A stretch of DNA of 64,000 nucleotides from Methanothrix sp. (GTDB lineage Archaea > Halobacteriota > Methanosarcinia > Methanotrichales > Methanotrichaceae). Below the pieces are notes generated by a model. The model ran no database searches. It was not told the origin of the DNA and saw only the letters and a program-made list of their open reading frames with translations. The position numbers and the translations under genes were made by a program. How positions within the stretch are numbered: the stretch's first letter is position 1; each line of letters starts with the position of its first letter. Shown here in pieces: positions 41,391-52,154 of this stretch. The DNA lies in the NCBI GenBank assembly GCA_963682135.1, contig OY821645.1, positions 2,400,001-2,464,000 on the forward strand. The letters run 5' to 3'.

Positions 41391-41392
41391 AT

Positions 41393-41854
41393 ATGCCGGG
41401 TTTAACAACTCAGCGGCGCCTGGCAGCATCCGAGCTGAAAATCGGCGAGAGCCGGGTCTGGATCGATCCCGATCCAGAGGTAGCAAGCGAGCTTTCCGAT
41501 GCCATTACCCGGGAGGACATTCGCTCCCTGATAGATGCCGGAAAGATCAAGGCCAAGCCTAAGAAGGGTAACAGCCGGGGCAGAATTAGGGCTCGGGCAA
41601 TAAAGCGAGCCTACGGACACTGCAAAGGTGCGGGACATAGAAGAGGAGCCAAGGGTGCTCGGTCCCCGAGAAAAGAGCAGTGGATGACCAAAATCCGGGC
41701 TCTAAGAAAGAAGCTTAGGGAGCTTCGTGAAGGCGGCCAGATAGATCGCCATGCTTACCGCTTGCTCTACCGCAAATCCAAGGGCGGCGAGTACCGAAGC
41801 CTCGCGCACATGAACTCATTCATCAAGGCTAAGGGCCTTGCCAGGGGTGAATAA
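41393..41854 (+). CDS. rpl19e: 50S ribosomal protein L19e
   Basis: QRRLAA, RVWIDP, TREDIR, WMTKIRALR. Confidence 0.96.
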   Translation: MPGLTTQRRLAASELKIGESRVWIDPDPEVASELSDAITREDIRSLIDAGKIKAKPKKGNSRGRIRARAIKRAYGHCKGAGHRRGAKGARSPRKEQWMTKIRALRKKLRELREGGQIDRHAYRLLYRKSKGGEYRSLAHMNSFIKAKGLARGE

Positions 41855-41856
41855 AC

Positions 41857-42366
41857 TTGGCTACAGGACCGAGATATAGAGTCCCCTTCCGAAGAAGAAG
41901 AGAGGGCAAGACCAACTATCACGTTAGATACAAGCTAATACTATCGAAGAAACCCCGTGTTGTTGTCAGAAAGAGCAATGCCAACACATTGCTGCAATTA
42001 GTGGTAGCGGAGCAGAAAGGCGATAAAACGCTCCTGACGGTCAATTCACGAGAGCTGCAAAGCTATGGATATACCTTTAGCAAGAGCAACATACCTGCAG
42101 CCTATCTCACAGGCCTTCTCTTCGGCAAGAAGATGCTGGCCCTGGGCATTGACGAGGGAATCGCAGATATTGGTCTGCATGCATCTACCAAAGGCAACCG
42201 AATTTATTCTGCTATTAAAGGCATCGTAGATGCAGGTGTAAATGTGCCCCATGGCGAGGAGATCTTACCTGATGAGAAGAGAATTCGCGGCGAGCACATA
42301 AAGAAGTACACGGGAGCAGATATCGTGGCCCAATTCGAGCAGGTCCGAGAGAAGATACTGGGGTGA
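41857..42366 (+). CDS. rpl18: 50S ribosomal protein L18
   Basis: [24 protein letters not shown]. Confidence 0.96.
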   Translation: MATGPRYRVPFRRRREGKTNYHVRYKLILSKKPRVVVRKSNANTLLQLVVAEQKGDKTLLTVNSRELQSYGYTFSKSNIPAAYLTGLLFGKKMLALGIDEGIADIGLHASTKGNRIYSAIKGIVDAGVNVPHGEEILPDEKRIRGEHIKKYTGADIVAQFEQVREKILG

Positions 42367-42370
42367 ACTT

Positions 42371-42994
42371 ATGGATCGGAAAAAGAAGCGTGATTTTTAC
42401 CAGGAAGAGTGGGTCCCCAGGACAAGGCTGGGCAAGCTCGTCTTTGAGGGCCAAGTAACTTCCTTCGATGAAGCAATTGCCTCAGGTCTGCCTATTAAGG
42501 AGGCTGGCCTGATAGATGTACTGATACCGGGACTTGAGGATGAGGTTCTGGATATCAACATGGTTCAGAGGATGACGGACTCCGGAAGGAGGGTCAAATT
42601 CAGAACTACGGTAATTGTTGGAAATAGAGATGGATACATCGGCTTGGGCGAAGGAAAAGATGTCCAGGTTGGCAAAGCCATCAAGAAGGGCATCGATAGT
42701 GCCAAGCGCAATATCATGAAGGTAAAGCGAGGCTGCGGTAGCTGGGAATGCGGCTGCGGCCAGGCGCACACTGTGCCATACCAGGTAGTCGGAGAATCGG
42801 GAAGCGTCAGGGTCGTACTTATCCCGGCGCCTCGCGGGCTTGGGATAGCAGCCGGTGACACATCCAAGAAGGTCATGGACATGGCAGGCATCAAGGATGT
42901 CTGGACAAGAACGGCAGGATCGACCAGGACGACTATCAACTTCGCCAAGGCCACCTACAATGCACTCATCAATACTGTAACTGTGAGGGCTTGA
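42371..42994 (+). CDS. rps5: 30S ribosomal protein S5
   Basis: [33 protein letters not shown]. Confidence 0.97.
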   Translation: MDRKKKRDFYQEEWVPRTRLGKLVFEGQVTSFDEAIASGLPIKEAGLIDVLIPGLEDEVLDINMVQRMTDSGRRVKFRTTVIVGNRDGYIGLGEGKDVQVGKAIKKGIDSAKRNIMKVKRGCGSWECGCGQAHTVPYQVVGESGSVRVVLIPAPRGLGIAAGDTSKKVMDMAGIKDVWTRTAGSTRTTINFAKATYNALINTVTVRA

Positions 42995-43452
42995 AGATGT
43001 TTGCCATAGTGAGATTGAGAGGCGAGCTGAACCTTCGGCCGGATATCAAGTCCACTTTAGCCATGTTGCACATAAATCGAGTCAACCACTGCATCGTCGT
43101 CCGAGAGGATGAACATTACCGGGGCATGATCCAGAAAGTAAAGGACTATGTAGCCTGGGGCAAGATAGACGATGACACGCTGGCTCTGCTCCTCGAGAAG
43201 CGGGGACGACTGAGTGCCAACCGGCGGCTGACAGAGCAGTTTCTGAAGGAGAATACATCCTACGGCTCCTTCAAGGAATTGGCCAGTGCCATCACATCCG
43301 GCAAAGCAAGCCTGAAGGATCTGGAAATTAAACCCATATTCCGGCTCCATCCGGCCCGGAAGGGTTTGAAGACCATCAAGAAGACCGCGCAACAGGGCGG
43401 AGATCTGGGCTTTCGCACAGACTTGACGGATCTTATCAAGAGGATGAGGTAA
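42991..43452 (+). CDS. rpl30: 50S ribosomal protein L30
   Basis: [22 protein letters not shown]. Confidence 0.95.
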   Translation: MKMFAIVRLRGELNLRPDIKSTLAMLHINRVNHCIVVREDEHYRGMIQKVKDYVAWGKIDDDTLALLLEKRGRLSANRRLTEQFLKENTSYGSFKELASAITSGKASLKDLEIKPIFRLHPARKGLKTIKKTAQQGGDLGFRTDLTDLIKRMR

Positions 43453-43458
43453 GAAACC

Positions 43459-43836
43459 ATGGTTAGACCAAATGGAAAAGACAAGAGAGGGCATAGAACC
43501 TATCACGGCAAGCACAAGAATGCGCGCGGAGGCGGGTCTCGCGGCGGTCGTGGCGATTCTGGGAAGTGCAAACATCACTTCATGCGCTCTATGCTTCTTG
43601 GAACTCAGATGGGCAAGCACGGATTCGTTAAGCTGCCCCTTTCTGTGGAGCTTGAGGTGGTCAACGTGGACGTGCTAGACCAGATGGCAGGCCCGGATGG
43701 CAAGATTGAGCTTTCCGAGATGAAGGTGCTGGGTCGCGGCAAAGTAACCAGAACGCTTAACGTTAGCGCGGCTGAATTCACTGCGACAGCAAAGAGCAAA
43801 ATTGAGGCTGCTGGTGGTCAGGCAGTAGTAGTATGA
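43459..43836 (+). CDS. rpl15: 50S ribosomal protein L15
   Basis: RGGGSRGGRG, GKHGF, KVLGRG, KIEAAGG. Confidence 0.95.
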   Translation: MVRPNGKDKRGHRTYHGKHKNARGGGSRGGRGDSGKCKHHFMRSMLLGTQMGKHGFVKLPLSVELEVVNVDVLDQMAGPDGKIELSEMKVLGRGKVTRTLNVSAAEFTATAKSKIEAAGGQAVVV

Positions 43837-45443
43837 ACCAGCAGAGTTTCTTTTATGCGATAGAGCCCTTTGTGCGCCGGCTCCCCTCCGTGGAGCGGCC
43901 CACTGGGCACGTCCATTTTAAGAGAAAGCTAAGCTGGACTCTGGCCATACTGCTGCTTTACTTTACCCTGGGAAATATACCCCTCTTTGGGCTTTCCACA
44001 GCATCCATTGATATATTCAGTGCTTATCGTGCCTTTTTTGCCGGTTCCTTCGGCTCGATGATGCTCCTTGGCATAGGTCCAATTGTCACTGCATCCATCG
44101 TGTTGCAGCTTCTCGTGGGTGCTCAGATCATCAAGCTCAATCTGAGCGAACCTCGCGATCAGGCCATTTATCAGGGCACGCAAAAAGCTCTGGTGTTTGT
44201 CATGGTCGCGGTTGAGGCTCTGCCGCAGGTGTTGGGGGGCTATCTGCTTCCTGATGCAGGTTTGGCCAGTACGCTGGGCACCTCCCTGGGCATGATATCA
44301 TTATTGATCTTTATTCAGGTCTTCGTAGGCGGATCTCTCATCGTTTATATGGATGAGGTAGTCTCAAAATGGGGCGTCGGTTCGGGTGTGGGGCTATTTA
44401 TCGTAGCAGGAATTAGCCAGCAGCTGGTCACGGGCATCATCAATCCGGCCAGTGGCGACGCTGGGCTTCCTGTGGGCATCATACCAAAATGGATCGATAT
44501 CATTCGGCTACAGCTGATCAGCTTCGATACTCTCTTCACATCGGAGGGGCTGAGATTCATTCTGGTCACGGGCGGAATTCTGGCGCTCATATCTACCATA
44601 ATGATAATTTTGCTGGTCGTCTTTGTGGAGTCCACGAGAATTGAGATACCACTGGCCCACAGCCGCGTGCGGGGCGCGCGGGGACGTTTTCCCGTCAAGC
44701 TGGTTTATGCCTCAGTTCTTCCCATGATCCTGGTGCGGGCCATTCAAGCCAACATCGAGATGATCGGAGCGTTGCTGGCAGCCAAGCTTGGCACGGTAAC
44801 TTCGGCCACGATAACCGGCCAGGGAGTTACCACTATTTATACCGGCTACTCCAGCATTCTGGGAACATTTGTCTCAGAAGCCAAAATCAATTCTGCTACG
44901 GGCGCTGCTATGAGTGGCTCGTCGCCTCAACCGGTTTCGGGCTTGATGTATTATCTGTCAGCTCTGCGGGGTCCCAGTGACTGGATGCCGGGAATGGTGC
45001 AGCCCCATGCAGGCATGACGGAATTGGGCTTTTCGGCTCTGGCCGGCTGGCAGATATTTCTGCATGTGGTTGTGGACGCTTCCTTCCTGATCATCGGCGG
45101 CATTATCTTCGCTATCTTCTGGATTGAAACCACGGGCATGGGCCCCAAGAGCGTGGCTGCCAAGATCCACAACTCAGGTCTACAGGTTCCGGGCTACAGA
45201 AGAAATCCGGCCTCCATTGAGAAGCTGATGGAGAGGTATATCCCCAAGGTGACCGTTATTGGCGGCGTGATCATAGGCGTTCTAACTCTGATAGCCAGCC
45301 TCTTGGGCACACTGGGAGGAGCGGGCGGCACGGGTTTGCTCCTGGCTGTGAGCATTGTCTATCGGCTCTATGAGCAGGTAGCCAGCGAGCAGATTCAGGA
45401 GATGTATCCCATGATGCAGAAGTTCTTCGGAGCATCGGCATGA
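43833..45443 (+). CDS. secY: Preprotein translocase subunit SecY
   Basis: LGIGPIVTASIVLQLL, SKWGVGSG, FPVKLVYAS, GTGLLLAV. Confidence 0.97.
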   Translation: MNQQSFFYAIEPFVRRLPSVERPTGHVHFKRKLSWTLAILLLYFTLGNIPLFGLSTASIDIFSAYRAFFAGSFGSMMLLGIGPIVTASIVLQLLVGAQIIKLNLSEPRDQAIYQGTQKALVFVMVAVEALPQVLGGYLLPDAGLASTLGTSLGMISLLIFIQVFVGGSLIVYMDEVVSKWGVGSGVGLFIVAGISQQLVTGIINPASGDAGLPVGIIPKWIDIIRLQLISFDTLFTSEGLRFILVTGGILALISTIMIILLVVFVESTRIEIPLAHSRVRGARGRFPVKLVYASVLPMILVRAIQANIEMIGALLAAKLGTVTSATITGQGVTTIYTGYSSILGTFVSEAKINSATGAAMSGSSPQPVSGLMYYLSALRGPSDWMPGMVQPHAGMTELGFSALAGWQIFLHVVVDASFLIIGGIIFAIFWIETTGMGPKSVAAKIHNSGLQVPGYRRNPASIEKLMERYIPKVTVIGGVIIGVLTLIASLLGTLGGAGGTGLLLAVSIVYRLYEQVASEQIQEMYPMMQKFFGASA

Positions 45444-46048
45444 ACGCCCAGCTGACCAAGTCCCTGGACAAAGCCGCCATGGCGGTGGGCTTTGTCCTTT
45501 TTTTTGGGGTAATGATCAGCACCGAATTAAGGACCGGCCTGGGAGTGGCTACCGGCCATTTGCTGGGGTGGCTACCTGAAATGCTTCCATTCCATGTGGT
45601 GCTCTTCATTTTAGCAGCAGTCACCGGTCTGTATGCCAGCCTGATTCAGAAGTACACTATGGACTGGGAGTACATGCGCAGTTCCCAAGAGAAGATGAAG
45701 ACACTGCAAAGAAGAATGAAAGAAGCGCAGCTTTCCGGTGATCAGGCCAGAATTCAAGCCATGCAAAACGAGCAGATGAAGGCGGTAGCCGATCAGGGTA
45801 AGATGATGCAGATGCAGTTTAAACCCATGCTCTACATAGGCATTGTTTCCATACCGCTCTTCATGTGGGCTTATAGTTTTATAGCCGCTAACCCGGAATT
45901 TACGATGACTTTTCCTTTCTGGGGGACGCATCTCATCCATTCCACGGTCTTGGGGCCGATCCTTTACTGGTTCTACTGGTACTTTATCTGTTCACTACCC
46001 GTATCGCAGATCATTCGTAAGGCTCTGGACATCGGGAGCATGAGCTAG
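45440..46048 (+). CDS. DUF106 (EMC3/TMCO1/Oxa1 superfamily) membrane protein
   Basis: TM-coiled coil-TM layout, QFKPM, WFYWYFICS; position after secY. Confidence 0.85.
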   Translation: MNAQLTKSLDKAAMAVGFVLFFGVMISTELRTGLGVATGHLLGWLPEMLPFHVVLFILAAVTGLYASLIQKYTMDWEYMRSSQEKMKTLQRRMKEAQLSGDQARIQAMQNEQMKAVADQGKMMQMQFKPMLYIGIVSIPLFMWAYSFIAANPEFTMTFPFWGTHLIHSTVLGPILYWFYWYFICSLPVSQIIRKALDIGSMS

Positions 46049-46050
46049 AG

Positions 46051-46575
46051 ATGATAATAACTATCAGCGGTGCGCCGGGAACGGGCACCTCAACACTGGC
46101 TCGTTCTCTTTCCCAGCAGCTAAAACTGCGCTGGGTTAACTCCGGGGATCTCTTTCGCAAGATCGCTGCCGAGAAGAATATTACCGTCCGGGAGATGAAC
46201 CGTCTGGCAGAGAAAGGTCCGGAGATCGATTATCTCATTGATGATGCTCAGAAGGTCCTGGCCAGGGATGGGGGCGGAATCTTTGAGGGTCGGCTGTCCG
46301 GGCATCTGTTGCCGGCGGATTTGAAGGTCCTTTTAAAGGCTGACCTTCGCACAAGAGCCGAGCGGATCGCCAAACGCGAGGCAAAGCTGACTGAAGATGC
46401 TATGCAGGAGACGCGCGCTCGAGAGGAGAGCGAATCCCGGCGGTATAAGATGTACTACAACATTGATATAAGCGACTTTTCCGCTTATGATCTGGTAGTG
46501 GATAGCGGAAAGTTCGATGAAGCGGCGACGCTGGCAATTGTGCTCGCCGGCGTGAGGGTCTGCTCGTGTCCGTGA
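46051..46575 (+). CDS. cmk: Cytidylate kinase
   Basis: ITISGAPGTGTST, SGDLFR, EGRLSG, RY..YY.ID. Confidence 0.9.
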   Translation: MIITISGAPGTGTSTLARSLSQQLKLRWVNSGDLFRKIAAEKNITVREMNRLAEKGPEIDYLIDDAQKVLARDGGGIFEGRLSGHLLPADLKVLLKADLRTRAERIAKREAKLTEDAMQETRAREESESRRYKMYYNIDISDFSAYDLVVDSGKFDEAATLAIVLAGVRVCSCP

Positions 46576-47744
46576 TCCATCGCGCTGATCGGGCAGAGAA
46601 GACATCCGACCGCAGAACCGGGCGCCCGAGCTCAGGCTCGTCTGTAGCCCCTTCCTCATCGACTTCATCGTCTTCTCCATTGTCTTCGTCCTCAAATGGC
46701 GGCACATATCCTCAAATTCTTCCTTCCGACAAGGCTCGGTCTGTGCTGGTAAAGAGAAGCGGCAAGACCAACCCTGCTTACGGCACCCCGCCCGAGAAGC
46801 GCAGTATCGAGATGCACATGTCATTGGGGGCCATCAATTTGGACAAGACCTCCGGGCCAACCAGCCACGAGATCGCGGCCTGGGTGAAACGCATCCTGGA
46901 AGTAGAGAAAGCAGGCCACAGCGGTACCCTGGACCCCAAGGTGACGGGAATCTTGCCCGTTCTCCTGGGAGACGCGACCAGGATTATGGACACTCTTCTC
47001 CTGGCAGGAAAGGAATATATCTGCCTCATGCGGGTGCATAAGCCCCAGCCCAAGAAGCGTCTCCTTGATGTCTGCAAAGAATTCATGGGACCCATCTTCC
47101 AGAAGCCTCCTCTGAAGAGTTCGGTGGTAAAGGAACTGCGCATTCGCACCATCTATTATCTGGATGTTCTGGAGATTGAGGAGCAGCGCGTGCTCATGCG
47201 CGTGGGCTGCCAGGCGGGCACCTACATGCGCAAACTTTGTTTTGATATAGGTCTTGCTTTAGGCACAGGTGCAAACATGGAGGAGCTGCGCCGCACGCGA
47301 GCCGGTCCCTTCCGGGAGGATGAGACGCTGGTCACGCTGCACCAACTGACGGATGCCTATGCAGCCTGGAAGGAGACGGGCGATGAGACCGGCCTGAGGC
47401 GCTGCATACTGCCTGTGGAGGCGGCCTTGCGGCATCTTCCCCGGCTGGTCATCGCTGATAATAGCGTGGATGCCGTCTGTCACGGCGCGCCCCTGGCTCT
47501 GCCCGGGCTGCTTCGCCTGGAGACAGACATAAGCAAGGGCGATATTGTGGCTCTCTTTACCTTAAAAGGCGAAGCAGTGGCCATTGGCCGGGCTGATATG
47601 AATAGCCGGCAGATGCTTGACGGCAAGACGGGAATTGCCGTTCTGACCGAAAGGGTAATAATGGAGCCGGGCACGTATCCCAAGGCGTGGAAGCTGGCCG
47701 AGAGGGATGCTTCCCGGGCAGCAAAAATAGCTGCCAAGCGCTAA
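46566..47744 (+). CDS. cbf5: H/ACA pseudouridine synthase Cbf5 / TruB
   Basis: GPTSHE, GHSGTLDPKVTG, GTYMRKLC, PUA domain; start uncertain. Confidence 0.95.
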   Translation: MSVIHRADRAEKTSDRRTGRPSSGSSVAPSSSTSSSSPLSSSSNGGTYPQILPSDKARSVLVKRSGKTNPAYGTPPEKRSIEMHMSLGAINLDKTSGPTSHEIAAWVKRILEVEKAGHSGTLDPKVTGILPVLLGDATRIMDTLLLAGKEYICLMRVHKPQPKKRLLDVCKEFMGPIFQKPPLKSSVVKELRIRTIYYLDVLEIEEQRVLMRVGCQAGTYMRKLCFDIGLALGTGANMEELRRTRAGPFREDETLVTLHQLTDAYAAWKETGDETGLRRCILPVEAALRHLPRLVIADNSVDAVCHGAPLALPGLLRLETDISKGDIVALFTLKGEAVAIGRADMNSRQMLDGKTGIAVLTERVIMEPGTYPKAWKLAERDASRAAKIAAKR

Positions 47745-47763
47745 AACCTGAAACCTAATCTAT

Positions 47764-47862
47764 GCCGAGGTCGTCTAGCGGTAGGGCGCCAGCCTGGAGT
47801 GAGTTCTCCTGGATAGCTGGTGATCCGCAAGGGTCTCGTGAGTTCGAATCTCACCCTCGGCG
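47764..47862 (+). tRNA. tRNA-Ser(GGA) with 15-nt intron at 37/38 (47800-47814)
   Basis: Acceptor GCCGAGG/CCTCGGC, anticodon stem CCAGC/GCTGG, long variable arm, GTTCGAATC T-loop, BHB-compatible intron, discriminator G, no encoded CCA. Confidence 0.9.
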
Positions 47863-47948
47863 CTTTATAATTAACAATTTCATGGCAGTTATTTTTTGAG
47901 GCATAAGTAGTTGGCAAAAAGTCTTTATCATAATCTTGCTGGTTATCA

Positions 47949-48443
47949 ATGATTGAGGCGCAAGTTATGGTCGAGATCGGAGATGTAGCTCCCCAATTCT
48001 GTCTGCCCGGCGATAGTGAGCAGGATATTTGTCTCAAGGACTTTCTGGGAAAATGGCTGGTGCTTTACTTTTATCCCAAGGACAATACCAGCGGCTGCAC
48101 TCGTGAAGCGGCGGATTTTACCGCCGCCCTTCCCGTCCTGCTGGATTTGGGTGCAGTGGTCCTGGGCATCAGTCGCGATTCGCCAGCCAGCCACAGGAAA
48201 TTTGCCGAGAAGCATGGCCTGAAGGTGATGCTGGCCAGCGATCAGGACCACAGGGTTACCGAAGCTTACGCAGCCTGGGCTCTCAAGAAAATGTACGGCA
48301 AAGAGAACTATGGCGTTATCAGGACGACTTTTCTCATCGATACGCAGGGAAAGATCGCCCACATCTGGAAGAAGGTTGCTGTAAAAGGGCATGCTGACGC
48401 AGTAGTCAAGAAGCTGCAGGAGCAGCTGCAAGAAACGCCATAG
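47949..48443 (+). CDS. bcp: Peroxiredoxin, Bcp type
   Basis: YFYPKDNTSGCTREA, RTTFLID. Confidence 0.92.
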   Translation: MIEAQVMVEIGDVAPQFCLPGDSEQDICLKDFLGKWLVLYFYPKDNTSGCTREAADFTAALPVLLDLGAVVLGISRDSPASHRKFAEKHGLKVMLASDQDHRVTEAYAAWALKKMYGKENYGVIRTTFLIDTQGKIAHIWKKVAVKGHADAVVKKLQEQLQETP

Positions 48444-48486
48444 ACAAGGACCAATCCTTATTTAACATCACAGGCAAGTTTTTCGA

Positions 48487-49695
48487 TTGATGAAAGTCCT
48501 ACTCTTCGATCCCAGTGCCGGAGCCTCCGGAGATATGATTATGGCATCTCTTCTGGACCTGGGGGCAGATCTCGACACAGTTCGAGATGCTGTCGAGTCC
48601 ACAGGGTGCACCCTGGAGGTCTCCCGTCAGGAGAAGAGCCACATCATGGCCTGCCGGGCTCGCATCATCTCGGACAGGAGATTTCAGTCCTTGAGTGATG
48701 CCGTATCCATACTCAACAATTCCAGCTTGCAGGGCAAAGCCCTGGAAAATGCTCTTACTGCCCTGAACATCCTGGCCGAAGCTGAGAGCAGGGTGCATGG
48801 CATGGCCGCAGAGCAGGTTCGATTTCATGAGATCGGCGCTCTGGATGCACTGGCCGACATCGCCGGATCCTGTGCCGCGCTGCGGAGCCTGGCCGTGGAG
48901 CGGGTTCTCTCCCGGCCGGTATCTGTGGGCGGGGGCTTTGTTCAGTCGGCGCACGGGCTGCTTGCTGTACCCGGCCCGGCGGCCCTGGAGATATTGAGAT
49001 CGCATGAAATACCCTGGAAGGGGGGGCCGGTAGACGAGGAGCTATTTACCCCCACGGGTGCGGCCCTGCTGGCAACTTTGGTCGATGAATTTGTGCCCGA
49101 ATTTCCCCTTATTCAGGCGAAGAGGGTGGGCTACGGGGCAGGCAAAAGAGAGCTTATCCTGCCCAATGTTCTGCGGTCCATGGTCGCGGAAACTCTCTCG
49201 GCACCTGAGGCGGCAGCAAAGCACATGTCGCATGGGAACCGAATTGTGCAGCTTGAGACCAATGTGGACGATGTGACCGGCGAGGTGCTGGGCCATTTGA
49301 TCGAGCTGCTCATGCAGGCCGGGGCCCTGGATGTCTCCGTTCTGCCGGCCTTGATGAAGAAGGGGCGTGCAGGGTCTGTGATCCGGGCTATTGCCGGGCA
49401 GGAAGATATGGAATTGCTGGCCAAAGTAATGATGCGAGAGACGGGGTCGTTGGGAGTACGCATCTTTCCCAGCATCCATCGTCTGGTGGCGGAGAGGGAG
49501 CAGAGAGGTGTGCAGGTGGATATATGCGGCGAAATCTTCACCGCACAGGTGAAAGAAAGCCGCCTGGATGGCGAGCTTCTAAGCATCAAGCCTGAGTATG
49601 AGGATTGCAGGAGAATAGCCTGTGAGACAAATCAGCCTCTGCGCATGGTTATCAAAAAAGTGGAAGAGGCTGGTTGGCGTGGGGCAGCTTTATAA
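48487..49695 (+). CDS. larC: Nickel pincer cofactor biosynthesis protein LarC
   Basis: GASGDM, FHEIGALD, TPTGAA, ETNVDD, MKKGR, KPEYED. Confidence 0.92.
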   Translation: MMKVLLFDPSAGASGDMIMASLLDLGADLDTVRDAVESTGCTLEVSRQEKSHIMACRARIISDRRFQSLSDAVSILNNSSLQGKALENALTALNILAEAESRVHGMAAEQVRFHEIGALDALADIAGSCAALRSLAVERVLSRPVSVGGGFVQSAHGLLAVPGPAALEILRSHEIPWKGGPVDEELFTPTGAALLATLVDEFVPEFPLIQAKRVGYGAGKRELILPNVLRSMVAETLSAPEAAAKHMSHGNRIVQLETNVDDVTGEVLGHLIELLMQAGALDVSVLPALMKKGRAGSVIRAIAGQEDMELLAKVMMRETGSLGVRIFPSIHRLVAEREQRGVQVDICGEIFTAQVKESRLDGELLSIKPEYEDCRRIACETNQPLRMVIKKVEEAGWRGAAL

Positions 49696-49962
49696 CTCGT
49701 GCCATCCCTTCTAACATATTTATTATATTATTACTAAGCTACCTGACCAATTCGCCTCTATTTCCTCATTGATTTTTCTTACTAACTTATAATACTAATA
49801 TAGTTAGGATTGTAGCCGATATTATATATACTTTTCGTAAATAATAATAGTAACAGCATGCTGGGGATTGAATGGGCATCTGTATATAACGATTTATAAA
49901 GAATACTGATGATGCGCTGGCTCGCAAGTTTGATTAATCTGCCCCGCAGGGTATCTCTTCTC

Positions 49963-51231
49963 ATGCAAATTGACTCATCCATCCGGCTCTTTGATTGCGC
50001 CAAAAAGCTGATGCCCGGCGGCGTATCCAGCCCTGTGCGCGCCATCTCTCCCTGCCCCTTTTACACGGCCCGAGCAGATGGCCCCTATCTATGGGATGCG
50101 GACGCGAACCGGTATATCGATTACTGCCTGGCTTATGGGCCCATGATCCTGGGTCACTGCCATCCGGCCATCGTTCGGGCTGTAGCCGATCAGATGACCC
50201 GCGGCTGGCTCTATGGGACTCCCTCCTTGCTGGAGGTTGCGGCGGCAAAGAGAATATCTCGACTCTATCCCAGCATGGAGATGCTCCGTTTCGTCAGCTC
50301 CGGCACGGAAGCCACCATGGCGGCCATTCGCGTGGCGCGCGGCGCTACGGGTCGCGATAAAATCATCAAGATAGAGGGCGGCTTTCATGGAGCACATGAC
50401 AGCGTACTGGTGAAGGCCGGTTCAGGGGCCACGACTCTGAGCACTCCTGATTCAAAGGGCGTGCCTTTTGACACGGCTAAGAATACCTTGCAAGTGCCCT
50501 ACAACGACCTGGCTGCCCTGGAGAGCGTCCTCACGAGCCATCCTGGTCAGATAGCCTGTCTGATCATGGAACCTGTCCTGGGCAATATCGGCCCTATCCT
50601 GCCCCAGCCTGGCTACCTGGAGGGCGTGCGCCGCCTCACAAAGGAGCATGATGTGCTTCTCATCTTCGACGAGGTGATAACCGGTTTCAGGCTGTCACTG
50701 GGCGGAGCGCAAGAGCTCTTCGGAGTTATGCCGGATCTTACCACTCTGGGCAAGATCATTGGTGGGGGCTTTCCGGTGGGCATCTTTGGCGGTCGGCGCG
50801 ATCTAATGGAGCAGGTGGCGCCCGGCGGGGGCATCTATCAGGCAGGAACCTTCAACGGCAGTCCCGTCTCACTTGCCTGCGGCATGGCCACCCTGGACGT
50901 CATGGAAAAGGAAAAGGTTCTTGAGAAGCTCAATATCACAGGAAAGCATATGAGAGAAGGGCTGCAGGAGATTGTAGACGACCTGGGATTGGGCTACCAT
51001 GTGGTTGGCATAGCCTCCATGTTCAAGATCTTCTTTGGGGAGGAGCCCCATGATTATAATCAGGCCCTCAAATGTGACAAGAATGGCTATCTGGCCTTCT
51101 TCCGTCGCATGCTCAGTGCCGGCATCTTCCTTACTCCCAGCCAGTATGAGACCGATTTCATCTCGGCTGCTCACAGCCCGCAAGTCATAGAAACCACCCT
51201 GGAGGCAACTCTATCCTGTCTGAAAAGCTGA
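49963..51231 (+). CDS. hemL: Glutamate-1-semialdehyde 2,1-aminomutase
   Basis: [40 protein letters not shown]. Confidence 0.96.
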   Translation: MQIDSSIRLFDCAKKLMPGGVSSPVRAISPCPFYTARADGPYLWDADANRYIDYCLAYGPMILGHCHPAIVRAVADQMTRGWLYGTPSLLEVAAAKRISRLYPSMEMLRFVSSGTEATMAAIRVARGATGRDKIIKIEGGFHGAHDSVLVKAGSGATTLSTPDSKGVPFDTAKNTLQVPYNDLAALESVLTSHPGQIACLIMEPVLGNIGPILPQPGYLEGVRRLTKEHDVLLIFDEVITGFRLSLGGAQELFGVMPDLTTLGKIIGGGFPVGIFGGRRDLMEQVAPGGGIYQAGTFNGSPVSLACGMATLDVMEKEKVLEKLNITGKHMREGLQEIVDDLGLGYHVVGIASMFKIFFGEEPHDYNQALKCDKNGYLAFFRRMLSAGIFLTPSQYETDFISAAHSPQVIETTLEATLSCLKS

Positions 51232-52154
51232 TCGTGGGTAGCCGGGGTAGCCCTCTGGCAATGCGTCAGACCCAAATTGTGCAGGATGAGCTTCTGTCTC
51301 AAGGCATAGAGACGCAACTGACCCTGGTCAAGACCAGCGGGGATGTCTTCCTGGACAAGCCTTTGCACCAGCTCACCGGTTTTGGCGTCTTCGTGGCGGA
51401 GATAGATGAGCGCATGCTAAGCGGCGAGATCGATCTGGCCGTGCATAGTATGAAGGACCTCCCCACAAAAAGGCCGGAAGAGTTGATTATCTCCGCGATC
51501 TTGAAACGCGACTCGCCTTATGATATTATGCTTTGCCGGGACGGATCAGTAAAACGCCTGGAAGAGCTGAAAGAAGGTGCAATTGTGGGTACTTCCAGCA
51601 TGCGGCGCACGGCGCAGCTTCGCAGGGCTCGGCCCGATCTCAATATATCTAACTTGCGAGGAAATCTGCAGACTAGGATGCGCAAACTGGATGAGGGCAA
51701 CTATGATGCTATAGTCCTTGCCAAAGCAGGCCTCGAGAGGATGGGTCTGAAAAATAATTACGTGCGACTGGATGATGAGTGGTTTGTTCCCTCTGCCAAC
51801 CAGGGAACCATAATCGTCGTGGCCAAGAAGGGGTCAAAGGCAGAATCTTATTCCCGATTACTGGATGATGCACCCACCAGAACTGAGACCATGATTGAGC
51901 GCAAGATCCTGGAAACGGTGGGCGGAGGCTGCGTGGTGCCCATGGCAGTGCACGCCGTTGTCTCCAGCGAAAAGGTGCGTGTCCTGGCCGAGGTCCTCTC
52001 CTTAGATGGCAAGAGGTTTGTGCGATTGGATGAGAATATCTCTTTACTTGAAGAAGATCCTTTGAGCCGGGCAGAGGATATGGGGCATAGGCTCATGAAG
52101 ATGGGGGGAAGAGAGTTGGTGGACGAGGCGGTGAAGGAATTTGGCACGCGGTAA
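51216..52154 (+). CDS. hemC: Porphobilinogen deaminase
   Basis: [33 protein letters not shown]; start either CTG 51216 or GTG 51234. Confidence 0.93.
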   Translation: MSEKLIVGSRGSPLAMRQTQIVQDELLSQGIETQLTLVKTSGDVFLDKPLHQLTGFGVFVAEIDERMLSGEIDLAVHSMKDLPTKRPEELIISAILKRDSPYDIMLCRDGSVKRLEELKEGAIVGTSSMRRTAQLRRARPDLNISNLRGNLQTRMRKLDEGNYDAIVLAKAGLERMGLKNNYVRLDDEWFVPSANQGTIIVVAKKGSKAESYSRLLDDAPTRTETMIERKILETVGGGCVVPMAVHAVVSSEKVRVLAEVLSLDGKRFVRLDENISLLEEDPLSRAEDMGHRLMKMGGRELVDEAVKEFGTR

